In this document: positions 1 through 9,822 of the stretch, piece by piece
Numbering within the stretch: position 1 is the first letter of the stretch
Layout: each line of letters begins with the position of its first letter
Source: an uncultured Gemmatimonadales bacterium
Lineage (GTDB): Bacteria > Gemmatimonadota > Gemmatimonadetes > Gemmatimonadales > GWC2-71-9
Assembly: GCA_963798915.1 (NCBI GenBank)
Contig: CAWCVB010000014.1
Location: 32,001-96,000 of the forward strand
Reading direction: 5' to 3'
Length of the DNA stretch: 64,000 nucleotides
Program-made: the position numbers and the translations under genes
The notes under the pieces: generated by a model
The model's database searches: none
Seen by the model: the letters and a program-made list of their open reading frames with translations, nothing else
What the model was told of the DNA's origin: nothing

Positions 1-1
1 C

Positions 2-1003
2 AGCCGCAGCGGCACCATCTTTTCAGAAGGTCCGCAGGGGGTGACCGAGGTCTACTCCGGGGGCACCGATTTCAACGACAACAGCGGCTCGCTCAAGTAT
101 GTGCGGGTGGAGTTCGCCGGCTACGACGTGACCGGTACCGGCCAGGAGCTCAACGCCTTCAGCTCCTATGCCGTAGGGCGGGGGACCAGGTACGAGTACC
201 TCGAGGCGCTTGCCGGTCTCGACGACTCCTATGAATTCTTCGGCGGCGCGGTGGACGGCCGCTACCTGCTCTCCTACGAGTCGGGCGACGACCATTTTGA
301 CTGGAGCGAAGGGTCCCACATCCGGCTCCAGAATATCGTGGCCTTCCAGAGTGTGCGCCTCACCCCCGCCGCAGGCGCCGGCTTCATTTCCTCGGATCCG
401 GAAGGCTTCGAGGGCGACGGTTGCCCCTCGGGCGAAGCGGGCTGCGATGCGGGCAACGCCCAGACGCCCTACGCGGTCCCCGTCATCGTCAACTTCACGG
501 TCATTGGCCCGGGTGACGGCGTGGCACTCAGCGCCAGCGGTGACTATGGCGCGGTGATTCGCCGCGGTTCCGGCGGCTACCTGAGCCATGGCATCATTGC
601 CCGCTGGGCCCGCCAGGGCATCAATCTCCGGGATGCGTTCACCAACACGCAGCTCGAGACCAATGACTCGCTGAACATCGTGAATCTGCTCATGGCCGAG
701 AACGGCGCCAATTACGACGAGGACGCCGGCGCCAACTTCGGCCAGGCGTCCAAGTTCACCACCTCGAACCACGTCGAGGACCCCGGCACCGCTGCAAGCC
801 TGATCACCAGTCTTGCCGCGCCCAATCTGGACTGGACGCCGACCGGCTCCGCCGGGGGTGCGGTTGCGGGTGCCATCGCCATTCCGGCGGGCTACACCGC
901 CAACTTCTTCGGTGGCACGCTCACGCCGGGCGACTACTTCGGCGCAGCCGCTCCTGGCGGTCCCAAGTGGTGGGATGGCTGGAGCTACTACGCGGCCAAC
1001 TGA
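2..1003 (+). CDS. 5'-partial beta-helix-like surface/secreted protein
   Basis: Frame open from the window edge. DNSGSLKYVRVEFAG...ELN...GLDDSYEFFGG...DDHFDW resembles acidic beta-helix lipoproteins often found beside TonB receptors. Confidence 0.7.
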   Translation, partial: SRSGTIFSEGPQGVTEVYSGGTDFNDNSGSLKYVRVEFAGYDVTGTGQELNAFSSYAVGRGTRYEYLEALAGLDDSYEFFGGAVDGRYLLSYESGDDHFDWSEGSHIRLQNIVAFQSVRLTPAAGAGFISSDPEGFEGDGCPSGEAGCDAGNAQTPYAVPVIVNFTVIGPGDGVALSASGDYGAVIRRGSGGYLSHGIIARWARQGINLRDAFTNTQLETNDSLNIVNLLMAENGANYDEDAGANFGQASKFTTSNHVEDPGTAASLITSLAAPNLDWTPTGSAGGAVAGAIAIPAGYTANFFGGTLTPGDYFGAAAPGGPKWWDGWSYYAAN

Positions 1004-1015
1004 TCAACCTCAATG

Positions 1016-1046
1016 CGGACGGCCGGGCACAGTGCCCGGCCGTCCG
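1016..1046. terminator. GC-rich hairpin after the first CDS
   Basis: Perfect 15-bp inverted repeat CGGACGGCCGGGCAC-a-GTGCCCGGCCGTCCG. No U-tract, so it may instead stabilise mRNA. Confidence 0.5.
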
Positions 1047-1063
1047 TGCTATACAGGAGTGCA

Positions 1064-1669
1064 GTGAGAGTGCGACGAATTGCGATGGTCATGGTGACGG
1101 CGGGCTTGCTCGCCTGTGCGGCAGCCGGCTGCCGCACGGACGCGGCACGCGCTGCCGCAAGTGTCACGGTCGACAGCGCACTGAACCGTGATGAAGCATT
1201 GCGGCGCTTCCGCTCCGCGCTGCCGGCGCCTGTAGCGCTGGCGGGTGGGGCGAGCTCACGGGCTGCACTTGCAGAAGCCTGGACGGCCGGGTTGGCGGGC
1301 TCCGACACCGCCACCCTTCGCCGGCTGGTGCTCAGCCAGGCGGAGTTTGCCTGGCTGTTCTACCCGACAAGCCCGCAGGGATTGCCGCCCTATGACCTGT
1401 CGCCAGGACTGATGTGGGACATGCTGAGCCGGCAAACGGAGCGCGGGATCAACTATGAGCTGCGACACCTGGCCGGGAAACCCTTGACCTTCGCGGCCAT
1501 GGACTGTGGCGAGAAGCCGTCGATCGAAGGCGACAACCGGCTCTGGGGCCCCTGCCTGATGACACTCGTCGTCAACCGGCACGACACGTTACGGGCCCGC
1601 CTGACCGGCCCCATCATCGAGCGCCAGGGGCGATTCAAGTTTGTCAGTTATACCAACGAGCTGGACTGA
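1064..1669 (+). CDS. hypothetical lipoprotein
   Basis: AGGAG then GTG at 1064; basic N-terminus, hydrophobic stretch, LLAC/AAGC lipobox. Confidence 0.65.
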   Translation: MRVRRIAMVMVTAGLLACAAAGCRTDAARAAASVTVDSALNRDEALRRFRSALPAPVALAGGASSRAALAEAWTAGLAGSDTATLRRLVLSQAEFAWLFYPTSPQGLPPYDLSPGLMWDMLSRQTERGINYELRHLAGKPLTFAAMDCGEKPSIEGDNRLWGPCLMTLVVNRHDTLRARLTGPIIERQGRFKFVSYTNELD

Positions 1670-1671
1670 CG

Positions 1672-2220
1672 TCAGAACGCGCCGTGAAAGAGCGTGGCGG
1701 TGAGCGTCGCGATCACCTGGCCGGCCAGGACATCGCCCAGAAAGTGGACCCCGAGCACCACGCGCGAGAGCCCCACCGCGAACGCGACCAGCGTGAGCGG
1801 AACGAGAAGCACCGGGAAGGTGAGCGCCCAGGCCACCGCGACCGCCATCGCAGCGGTCGCATGGCCCGAGGGAAACGAGAATTGATCCGGGATGGCGACC
1901 AGCGGCTGATGCAGGCCGGCCGGTCGTCCCCGGAACAACGACCGCTTGAGCAGCTGCACGGCCAGGTGAGAGACGGCGAGCGTTGCGCCGGCGCGATAGG
2001 CACCATTCAGCAACGCGGGGTCAGTAGCCGGAAGCAGTACCGCCAGGACACTTGCGGCCGTGCCACCGGAATGCGTCATGCCGGTCCAGAGCCGTCGGGT
2101 TCCCGCACCGGCGTCTGGTCGAAGCACCAGCCGAGCGGAAAGCTGGCGGTCGACTGCGCCCAGCCGGTCCAGCCAGGTGGCTGCTCTGCTCGAACGCGCG
2201 AATGTCGTCACGACACACAT
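1672..2220 (-). CDS. PAP2-family phosphatase
   Basis: KRSLFRGRP, FSFPSGH and SRVVLGVHFLGDV motifs. Confidence 0.9.
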   Translation of the reverse strand: MCVVTTFARSSRAATWLDRLGAVDRQLSARLVLRPDAGAGTRRLWTGMTHSGGTAASVLAVLLPATDPALLNGAYRAGATLAVSHLAVQLLKRSLFRGRPAGLHQPLVAIPDQFSFPSGHATAAMAVAVAWALTFPVLLVPLTLVAFAVGLSRVVLGVHFLGDVLAGQVIATLTATLFHGAF

Positions 2221-2254
2221 GATGGCGCTGGTCAACGACGTGTGGATGGCTGCC

Positions 2255-2334
2255 CGGTCACAGTTCGGTCACAGCGCGTGACGTCCGCGGCTGACGCCGT
2301 TCCGCGACGCGGTCGTCACCGCGTCGTGACCGGG
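2255..2334. promoter_or_regulatory. candidate Pho-box-like 11-bp direct repeats
   Basis: CGGTCACAGTT/CGGTCACAGCG (2255-2276) and TCGTCACCGCG/TCGTGACCGGG (2313-2334) between the divergent PAP2 and GT4 genes, near phoBR. Confidence 0.5.
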
Positions 2335-2351
2335 GCTCGCCAGATTCTGGC

Positions 2352-3587
2352 ATGCCTCACTTCTCCCGGTCTCCCCGAATCCTCGTCTGTACCGACACCT
2401 ATCCACCGCAACTCAACGGCGTGAGCGTCGTCACCAGTCTTTCTGTTGCTGGCCTGGCGGCGCGCGGGTGGGAATGCGGGGTGGTGGGCCCACGCTACCC
2501 GGCCGAGCCGGAGCCTGGCTTCGACGCGCGCGACGACGGCGCCCGGCTTCATTACACGCTGCCGAGCATCCAGGCGCCGGTGTATCCGGACCTGCGGCTG
2601 GCGTTTCCTTGGTATCCAACCATCGCTCGCGCGATGGATTCATTTCGCCCTGACCTGGTGCACTGCGCGACGGAATTCATCATTGGCAGACTGGGACAGA
2701 TCGCCGCGCGCCGGAGGAACATCCCGCTCGTGTCATCGTACCACACCGACTTTGCGCGCTACGCCGAGGCGTACGGTGCACCGGGCCTGGCGCCGGCGGT
2801 GCGGAGACACCTCGCGCGCTTCCACCGCCGAAGCCGCCGGGTCTTTACGCCGTCCTCCGCTTCCGCCAGCGATCTGGCGGCCCTGGGTGTGGAAGGAATC
2901 GAGGTCTGGGGCCGCGGCGTCGATACCACCCGCTTCCACCCGTCGCGCCGCGCGCCGGACCTGCGCGATTCGTTTGGCATGGGAAGCCGCTTCACCTTCC
3001 TGTATGTCGGACGCTTTGCGGCGGAGAAGAACGTGGAGCTGGTGCTGGACGCGTACCTGCGCGCGAGTGCCCGCGTGCCGGCCGGTGTCATGCACCTGAT
3101 CCTGGCTGGTGCCGGCCCGTGCGAGCGGGTGCTGCGCGCGGTGGCTCCGAGGGGCGTGTCGTTCCTGGGTCAGTTGGACCGCACCAAGACACTGCCCGAT
3201 CTGTATGCCAACGCGGATGCGTTCGTATTTGCATCGGAAACCGAAACGCTGGGCCTGGTGGTGCTCGAGGCCATGGCAAGCGGCCTGCCGGTGATTGCCA
3301 CGCCCAAGGGCGGAGTGGCCGATCACCTGCGCCACGGGCTCAACGGCCTGGCGTTCCCGGCTGGCGACGCGGAGGCCTTGGCGACCTGCATGCTGGCGCT
3401 GGTCGGCGAGCCGATGAAGGTGATGCCACTGCGGGAAGGAGCACGGCGCACGGCGGAGGCGCGCAGCTGGGGCGCGGAACTCGACCAGCTGGACCGGAGC
3501 TATCGGCGAGTCGTGGAAAACAACACAGCGTCCGCGGCGCGTGGCCGGCGCCGGGGTCTGGCGCGGCTCCGCACCATCAGCTCATGA
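2352..3587 (+). CDS. glycosyltransferase family 4
   Basis: TDTYPPQLNGV, SYHTDF, YVGRFAAEKN, ETLGLVVLEAMASGLPV. Confidence 0.92.
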   Translation: MPHFSRSPRILVCTDTYPPQLNGVSVVTSLSVAGLAARGWECGVVGPRYPAEPEPGFDARDDGARLHYTLPSIQAPVYPDLRLAFPWYPTIARAMDSFRPDLVHCATEFIIGRLGQIAARRRNIPLVSSYHTDFARYAEAYGAPGLAPAVRRHLARFHRRSRRVFTPSSASASDLAALGVEGIEVWGRGVDTTRFHPSRRAPDLRDSFGMGSRFTFLYVGRFAAEKNVELVLDAYLRASARVPAGVMHLILAGAGPCERVLRAVAPRGVSFLGQLDRTKTLPDLYANADAFVFASETETLGLVVLEAMASGLPVIATPKGGVADHLRHGLNGLAFPAGDAEALATCMLALVGEPMKVMPLREGARRTAEARSWGAELDQLDRSYRRVVENNTASAARGRRRGLARLRTISS

Positions 3588-5303
3588 GAAGGGGCGATCC
3601 GCCTGGGCGGGAAACCAGCATGTGATACTGGTACCCTGGCCCAGGTCGCTGTCAGCTGACACGCGTCCGCCATGACTCTCGACCAGATGGCGCACGATCG
3701 ACAGCCCGAGCCCGGTCCCGCCTTCGCCGCGCGACCGCGAGGCGTCGACCCGGTAGAAGCGCTCGAAGATCCGGCTGAGGTGTTCACGTGCAATGCCGGC
3801 GCCGGTGTCGCGCACCTCGAGGCGCACTCCTCCCGATTCCGGCCGTGCGGACACCGTGATCGATCCCCCCGGTGGCGTGTAGCGAAGGGCGTTGTCCAGC
3901 AGGTTGGTCAGGATCTGGCGGACTGCATCCGGATCGGCATCGAGCACGGTACCGGGCGAGATCTCCACATGCAGAGACACGTCGCCGGCCTGCGCCCGTT
4001 CGGCAAGACTCAGCCAGACGTCTCGCGCCACAGCCGCAGGGTCGACCCTGGCCACCGAGGGATGCCAGCTTCCCGACTCGATGCGCGACAGGTCCAGCAG
4101 GTCATCCACCAGGTGCTGCATGCGCCGCGCATTGCCGTGGATGATCTCCAGAAACTGCCGGGAAGTCGCCTCGTCCGGGCGGTCGACGAGGAGGGTTTCC
4201 GAGTAGCCGGAAATGGAGGTCAGCGGCGTCTTCAGTTCGTGGGAGACATTGGCGACGAAATCACGCCGCACCGACTCCAGTCGGCGCAGTTCGGTGAGGT
4301 CGTGCATCACCAGCACCGCGCCGCCGTTCGGGAGGGCCCGTGCGGTGGCCAGGAGAATCCGCCCATCGAGTTCGATGGTTCGCGACTGCTCCGACTCACC
4401 GCTGAGCGCTGCCTGGACCAGGTCACGTGCATCGCGGGCGCGGAACAGCTCGGGCAGGTCCGGCAGCGGCGCGTCGGGCGCGTAGCCCAGCAGCCGGCGT
4501 GCCGCGGCATTGGCCGTCGTGATCTGGCCGCGCGCGTCCGCCGCGAGCACGCCCTCGACCATCGCCTCCACCAGCGCTGACGACTCGGCCTTCTCGCGCC
4601 GCAGCTCGGTGAATCGCTCCGCCAGCTGCTGATGCATGGCGCGGAGGGAGCGAACCAGCGCGTCGATTTCTGCCACGCCCGAACGGGGGAAGCGAGGATC
4701 GGCGCCGGCGGCGATGGCCCTGGCCGCAGAGCCGAGACTGGTCAATGGACGGGAAATGCTGCGGGCTGCAATGCTGGCAATGCCCAGTCCCACGATCAGC
4801 GCCAGCAAGGCAGCGCCGCCCACGGCGAACTGGGTCTTCGTGACGATGCCGTTGACGCGTGACAGGTCCTCCGCCACCCGAAGCACACCCGAGCCATTGG
4901 GCACGGCGACATACATCAGGTCCCGGCCCACCGTGGCGCTGTGCCGCCGGGCCTGGCCGGTGCGGCCCTCCATCGCCGCGCGCACTTCGGGCCGGTCACG
5001 GTGATTCTCGATGGGCGGCAGGGGAAGGTCGGGAAAGTCGCTGTCCGCGATCACGGTGCCCTGGCCGTTGATCAGCGTGATGCGTGCGCCGGCCTGCAGG
5101 CCAAAGCGACGGATCACGGCCTGCCACTGCGCCGAGTCCGCGGGGAGCGCCTCGCGAACCAGCAGGGCCTGACGCTCCAGTGTCGTCGCGACATCCGCCT
5201 CGAGGTTGCGGCGAAGCACCCGGTCGGCGCGGTACAGCAGCACGCCAATGGTCAGTATCAGTACGATCAGTGTGCCGATCGTGAGCCGGCGGGAAAATGT
5301 CAC
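3582..5303 (-). CDS. phoR: sensor histidine kinase PhoR-like (TM, HAMP, PAS, HisKA, HATPase)
   Basis: DFVANVSHELKTPLTSI, NLLDNA, RIFERFYRVDASRSR, GGTGLGLSIV; ENHRDRPEV typical of PhoR. Confidence 0.85.
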   Translation of the reverse strand: MTFSRRLTIGTLIVLILTIGVLLYRADRVLRRNLEADVATTLERQALLVREALPADSAQWQAVIRRFGLQAGARITLINGQGTVIADSDFPDLPLPPIENHRDRPEVRAAMEGRTGQARRHSATVGRDLMYVAVPNGSGVLRVAEDLSRVNGIVTKTQFAVGGAALLALIVGLGIASIAARSISRPLTSLGSAARAIAAGADPRFPRSGVAEIDALVRSLRAMHQQLAERFTELRREKAESSALVEAMVEGVLAADARGQITTANAAARRLLGYAPDAPLPDLPELFRARDARDLVQAALSGESEQSRTIELDGRILLATARALPNGGAVLVMHDLTELRRLESVRRDFVANVSHELKTPLTSISGYSETLLVDRPDEATSRQFLEIIHGNARRMQHLVDDLLDLSRIESGSWHPSVARVDPAAVARDVWLSLAERAQAGDVSLHVEISPGTVLDADPDAVRQILTNLLDNALRYTPPGGSITVSARPESGGVRLEVRDTGAGIAREHLSRIFERFYRVDASRSRGEGGTGLGLSIVRHLVESHGGRVSADSDLGQGTSITCWFPAQADRPFS

Positions 5304-6004
5304 CGCGTCCGTCCCCGTTCCGCTGCGCGGAAGCGGTAGCCGAAGCCCCTGACCGTTTCGATGAGGTCGCCGCAGGCTCCCAGCTTGGTACGCAGACGCT
5401 GCACATGCATGTCCACCGTCCGGGTCTGGATCTCGGGACTTGCTTCCCAGACCGACTCGAGCAGTTGGGGCCTCGACTGCACCCGGCCCCTCCGCTCCAC
5501 CAGTGTCAGGAGCAGCCGATATTCCGTGGCGGTAAGCTCGAGGTCCCGGCCATCCACCGCGACGCGGTGCGCGGACCGGTCAATGACAATGGAGTCGGCG
5601 CTCAGCGTCGATCCGGAACTCACGGCGGGCGCTGCCAGCCGACGCAAGAGCGCTGCGATCCGGAGCGCCAGTTCGGCCGGCGAGAACGGCTTGGTCAGGT
5701 AGTCATCCGCACCCAGCGACAGGCCCTTGATCCGGTCCCCCTCTTCGCGCCGTGAGGTCAGCAGAATGACACCCACATCGCGCGTTTCGTCCATGCGACG
5801 GAGCTCCTGCAGGACCTCATATCCCGACATGGTCGGGAGCATGAGATCAAGCACGACGATATCCGGCCGCTCCTCGCGCGCTGCTCGCACGGCATCAGGC
5901 CCGGTGGACGCCGTGGAGACCCGATAGCCCGCCTTGGCCAGATGGTACGCCACGAGAGCCGTGATATCCGGCTCATCGTCAACAACCAGAATGCGATGGG
6001 TCAT
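5300..6004 (-). CDS. phoB: OmpR/PhoB-family response regulator
   Basis: Start MTHRILVVDDE at 6004; DLMLP, GADDYLTKPF, RTVDMHVQRLRTKL, IETVRGFGYRF. Confidence 0.85.
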   Translation of the reverse strand: MTHRILVVDDEPDITALVAYHLAKAGYRVSTASTGPDAVRAAREERPDIVVLDLMLPTMSGYEVLQELRRMDETRDVGVILLTSRREEGDRIKGLSLGADDYLTKPFSPAELALRIAALLRRLAAPAVSSGSTLSADSIVIDRSAHRVAVDGRDLELTATEYRLLLTLVERRGRVQSRPQLLESVWEASPEIQTRTVDMHVQRLRTKLGACGDLIETVRGFGYRFRAAERGRTR

Positions 6005-6396
6005 CGAGTCCCTTGCCGTCCATTCCCGTCGGATTTTTCGCCGGATGCCGTCCGGTCGCCGGTGTGCACCCGGCTGCGTTGCAGTGCCCGGTCCCGCTCG
6101 GCCCGGAACTCGGGGTCGGCGTGCATGGCCTCGAGAATTGCTCCCAGCAGGCGGCTGGCCGGCCCCGGGTTCCGGAGCAGGCGATAGAGCACGAACCGCG
6201 CGATCGGCGTGTCCCGCACGATGCCGGAGCGCCGGAGCACCTGCAGGTGACGCGAGACGGTGGGCTGGGGCAGCTCGAGAATGATTTGAAGGTCGGATAC
6301 GAAGAGTGGCGCCGCCGCCAGGCAATTGATGATGCGGAGCCTGGTGGGCTCCGCCATCGCCTGGAGCAGGTCGGGCACGGCGCTGGTGACTTGCAT
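6001..6396 (-). CDS. ArsR/SmtB-family regulator
   Basis: AEPTRLRII...LPQPTVSRHLQVLR HTH; ATGA overlap with phoB. Confidence 0.88.
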   Translation of the reverse strand: MQVTSAVPDLLQAMAEPTRLRIINCLAAAPLFVSDLQIILELPQPTVSRHLQVLRRSGIVRDTPIARFVLYRLLRNPGPASRLLGAILEAMHADPEFRAERDRALQRSRVHTGDRTASGEKSDGNGRQGTR

Positions 6397-6410
6397 GCTG
6401 GACAGAAGAT

Positions 6411-6430
6411 ATATTCGCCTAGCCGAATAT
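6411..6430. promoter_or_regulatory. palindromic operator, probably ArsR
   Basis: ATATTCG-N6-CGAATAT in the 61-bp divergent gap, between -10-like hexamers TATCTT (minus) and TATATT (plus). Confidence 0.6.
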
Positions 6431-6457
6431 GAGCAAGGGCCACTATATTTGCGTCCG

Positions 6458-9400
6458 ATGCTCGCCTCATTCCTGCTTGCGGCCGCGCTGGTCGGCGCGC
6501 CTTCCACTCCCCGCGACACCGCGCACCTGGTCGTGGTCGCCACGACCGATGTCCACGGTCGCGCCTTTGCATGGGATTACACGACGGATACGCCCTTTCC
6601 GGGGGGCCTGACCAGGGTCGCAACGATTGTGGACTCGCTGCGTCGCATCTACCCTGGCCAGCTCGTGGTCGTGGATGCCGGAGACCTGATTCAGGGCGAC
6701 CCGTTCGCCGCCTACTTCGCCACTGTGGCGCCACGCGACACCAATCCGGTGGTCCGGGCCATGAACCTGGTGGGCTACGATGCCGCCACACTGGGCAATC
6801 ACGAGTTCAACTGGGGCCTGGCCACCCTGGCGCGGGCGCTGCGAGGTGCTGCCTTTCCCTACGTAAGCGCCAACATCCATGGCCTCCCCCGCGACACCCT
6901 GATGCATTCGCCCTTCGTCGTCCTCGAGCGCGACAGCATCCGCGTCGGCATTGCCGGCTTCACCACCCCCGGTGTCATGGTGTGGGATCGAACCAAGGTG
7001 CAGAACCACGTTCGTCTGGAGCGCATCCCGGCCGCTGCACGGCGAGTGCTGCCGGAACTGTCGCGCCGGTCCGACTTCCAGATTGTCCTGGTGCATAGCG
7101 GCATGGATGGGCCATCATCCTACGACAGCAGCGGCGTTGGCGCGGAGAACGTGGCCGCATCACTGGCTGGCCTTCCGTCGCCACCTGATCTCGTGGTGGT
7201 GGGGCACTCCCATCGCGAAATGCGCGATTCCGTCATTAATGGCGTGCACTTCATCCAGCCGAAGAACTGGGCCCAGAGCGTGGTGGTCGTGCACGTCACG
7301 CTGGTGCGGCAAGGCGGCGGCTGGCAACCGGTGCAGTGGCACGCCGACCTCGTGCCACTCGCCAATGTGCCCCCCGCGGCAAGAATGGTGGCGGCGCTGC
7401 AGGGCGCGCACGACAGTGTGCGCGCATGGATTCGCCAGCCGCTGGCCCGCGCCACCGCGGCGATGCCGGGGGCGATGGCTCGCGCCGAGCCCACGGCGGT
7501 CGTGGGCTGGATCCAGGCGGTTGAGCGGCAGCGCACCGGCGCACAGCTTGCGGCCGCCTCTGCCTTCAACCTCGACGGCGGACTGCCGGCCGGACCGGTC
7601 CGGCTCGCCGACGTCGCCAGCATCTACCCGTATGAAAACACCTTGCGGGCAGTGCGCCTTTCAGGCGAACAGTTGAAAGCCTTCCTGGAGCACAGCGCCG
7701 AGTACTACCAGGTGGACACGGCGGGAACCGTGAGGATCAATCCCGACATGCCGGGCTACAATTTCGACATGGTCGCGGGAGCGCACTACGTGATTGATCT
7801 TGCCAAGCCGGTCGGCAGCCGCATTCGCGATCTGCAGGTCGCTGGCAGGCCAGTGAAGGCCACCGATCACTTTTCCATGGCCGTGAACAGCTATCGGCAG
7901 GAGGGTGGCGGCGGCTATGCGATGCTGAAGGGCGCGCCGGTGGTGTACGACAAGGGCGAGAACATGCGGGACCTCCTCGCGGAGGCGCTCAAGGCGCTCG
8001 GAACCATCCGACCATCCGATTATGACGACCGAAACTGGCGGATCGTGCCGGATTCGCTGCTTGCCCAGGTCAAGGCGCTCCAGCGCCAGCCCGAACCCAA
8101 CGCTGAACGGCGGGTGGCCGGCGAGCGCATCCTGCTCCGGATCCTGACCACCAACGACCTGCACGGCGCCATGCGCACGGAGACGAAGGCCTGGTCCCAC
8201 GGCCGAGGGGTTGGCGGCTTTGCCGTGCTCGATGCCATGATGGACAGCGCCAGGGCGGACTGCCGCTGTGCGACGCTGCACCTCGATGCGGGCGACGAGA
8301 TGCAGGGCACGCTGGAGTCGAACCTGGTCTTCGGCCGATCGGTGGTCGCTGGGCTCAACATGCTGGGCACTGATGCGGCCGCGGTCGGCAACCACGACCT
8401 TGATTGGGGCATCGACACGCTGCGCGCGCGGATGCGTCAGGCGCACTACCCATGGCTCCTCGCCAACGTCTACGACTCGGCGGCTGGTGGCCGCCCGGAG
8501 TGGGCAAGGCCCTGGGCCATGCTGCAGGCGGGGTCACTCCAGGTGGCGGTGGTGGGCTACATCACCGGCGAGACGAAGCGGATCGTCAAGGCGGGCAATG
8601 TCGCCGGCCTGGCGTTCCCGTCGGGCGCCGCCGCCTTGCGCGGCGTGCTGGACACGGTCCACGCGCAGCATCCCGATCTGGTGGTGCTCATTGCGCATGC
8701 CGGCGCCGTGTGCGATTCGTCGGCGTGCGCCGGTGAAATCATGGACCTTGCCAGGCAGCTGCCCGCCGGTGCGGTCGATGCCATCGTCGCGGGCCACACC
8801 CACCAACTCAATGACACCAGGGCGAACGGCATTCCCATCGTGCAGGCGCGGAGCAGCGGAACCGCGCTGGGGGTGATGGACCTCGTTGCGAGCGCCCCGG
8901 GAACGACCTGGCGCACGCAGGTCCGCGACGTCTTCGCGGACGAGGTGACGGCTGACAGCGCCGAATCCGTCCTGGTACAGCTCTCTCAGGAGCGCACCGA
9001 CACCCTGGCGAGCCGCACCGTGGCGACGCTCGCCGGTCCGCTCACGCGGCGCGGCGACCAGTATCCGCTCGGGAATCTTGTCGCCGATGCACAGCGGGAA
9101 AGCGCCGGCGCCGACGTGGCCATCATGAACAACGGGGGCATTCGCGACGATCTGGTTGGCGGCCCGGTCACCTACCGCGCGCTCTTTCAGCTGCAGCCCT
9201 TTGGCAACAACATGGTGAAGACGACCATGACCGGGCGCACCCTGCGCCAGGCACTTGAGCATGGTGTGCGCGGCGGGCGACCTCACGTACACGTCTCCGG
9301 CATCCGCGTCACCTTTGACCGTGCCGCATCGGATGGTCAGCGGATCGTGTCGGTGCTCGTCGCCGGCACGCCACTCCGTGACACCGCGCGTTACAGCGTG

Positions 9401-9571
9401 GCCGTCAATGACTTCATGTCCACGGGCGGCGATGGTTTCGACGTCTTCCGGGGACTGGACTGGCGTGCCACCGGCCTCAGCGACCTTGAAGCGGTGACGG
9501 CGTGGCTGACCCGGCAAGCGGGACCGGTGCAGGCGGACACGACGACACGCGTCCAGGCGACGACGCCATGA
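6458..9571 (+). CDS. secreted tandem 2',3'-cyclic phosphodiesterase/5'-nucleotidase (YfkN-like)
   Basis: Signal peptide at 6458; two metallophosphoesterase sets (TDVHG, DAGD, GNHEF, GHSH; NDLHG, DAGD, GNHD, GHTH), each followed by a nucleotidase C domain. Confidence 0.9.
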   Translation: MLASFLLAAALVGAPSTPRDTAHLVVVATTDVHGRAFAWDYTTDTPFPGGLTRVATIVDSLRRIYPGQLVVVDAGDLIQGDPFAAYFATVAPRDTNPVVRAMNLVGYDAATLGNHEFNWGLATLARALRGAAFPYVSANIHGLPRDTLMHSPFVVLERDSIRVGIAGFTTPGVMVWDRTKVQNHVRLERIPAAARRVLPELSRRSDFQIVLVHSGMDGPSSYDSSGVGAENVAASLAGLPSPPDLVVVGHSHREMRDSVINGVHFIQPKNWAQSVVVVHVTLVRQGGGWQPVQWHADLVPLANVPPAARMVAALQGAHDSVRAWIRQPLARATAAMPGAMARAEPTAVVGWIQAVERQRTGAQLAAASAFNLDGGLPAGPVRLADVASIYPYENTLRAVRLSGEQLKAFLEHSAEYYQVDTAGTVRINPDMPGYNFDMVAGAHYVIDLAKPVGSRIRDLQVAGRPVKATDHFSMAVNSYRQEGGGGYAMLKGAPVVYDKGENMRDLLAEALKALGTIRPSDYDDRNWRIVPDSLLAQVKALQRQPEPNAERRVAGERILLRILTTNDLHGAMRTETKAWSHGRGVGGFAVLDAMMDSARADCRCATLHLDAGDEMQGTLESNLVFGRSVVAGLNMLGTDAAAVGNHDLDWGIDTLRARMRQAHYPWLLANVYDSAAGGRPEWARPWAMLQAGSLQVAVVGYITGETKRIVKAGNVAGLAFPSGAAALRGVLDTVHAQHPDLVVLIAHAGAVCDSSACAGEIMDLARQLPAGAVDAIVAGHTHQLNDTRANGIPIVQARSSGTALGVMDLVASAPGTTWRTQVRDVFADEVTADSAESVLVQLSQERTDTLASRTVATLAGPLTRRGDQYPLGNLVADAQRESAGADVAIMNNGGIRDDLVGGPVTYRALFQLQPFGNNMVKTTMTGRTLRQALEHGVRGGRPHVHVSGIRVTFDRAASDGQRIVSVLVAGTPLRDTARYSVAVNDFMSTGGDGFDVFRGLDWRATGLSDLEAVTAWLTRQAGPVQADTTTRVQATTP

Positions 9572-9600
9572 TCCTGCTTCTCCCCTCCCTGATTCGCTGA

Positions 9601-9822
9601 ATGCGCGTCTTCGTTAATGAACGGCCACTGGACGTGTCGCCAGGGGCCACGGTCCGGGACGCCGTCCGCGAGCTGGACGATGGCCTGGCGACGCAGCTGG
9701 ATCACGGCGCGTACGCAACCGACGGCCGCGGCATCCGACTGGAGCCGGATGCGAGTCTTGCGGCGGGCGCGATCATCCGGGTAGTCCGCTCCGCCCGCCC
9801 GGCCGGTAATGCTGACACCTGA
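9601..9822 (+). CDS. small ThiS/beta-grasp-like protein
   Basis: MRVFVNERPLDV..GATVRDAV...L..GAIIRVV; overlaps add start; no C-terminal GG. Confidence 0.6.
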   Translation: MRVFVNERPLDVSPGATVRDAVRELDDGLATQLDHGAYATDGRGIRLEPDASLAAGAIIRVVRSARPAGNADT

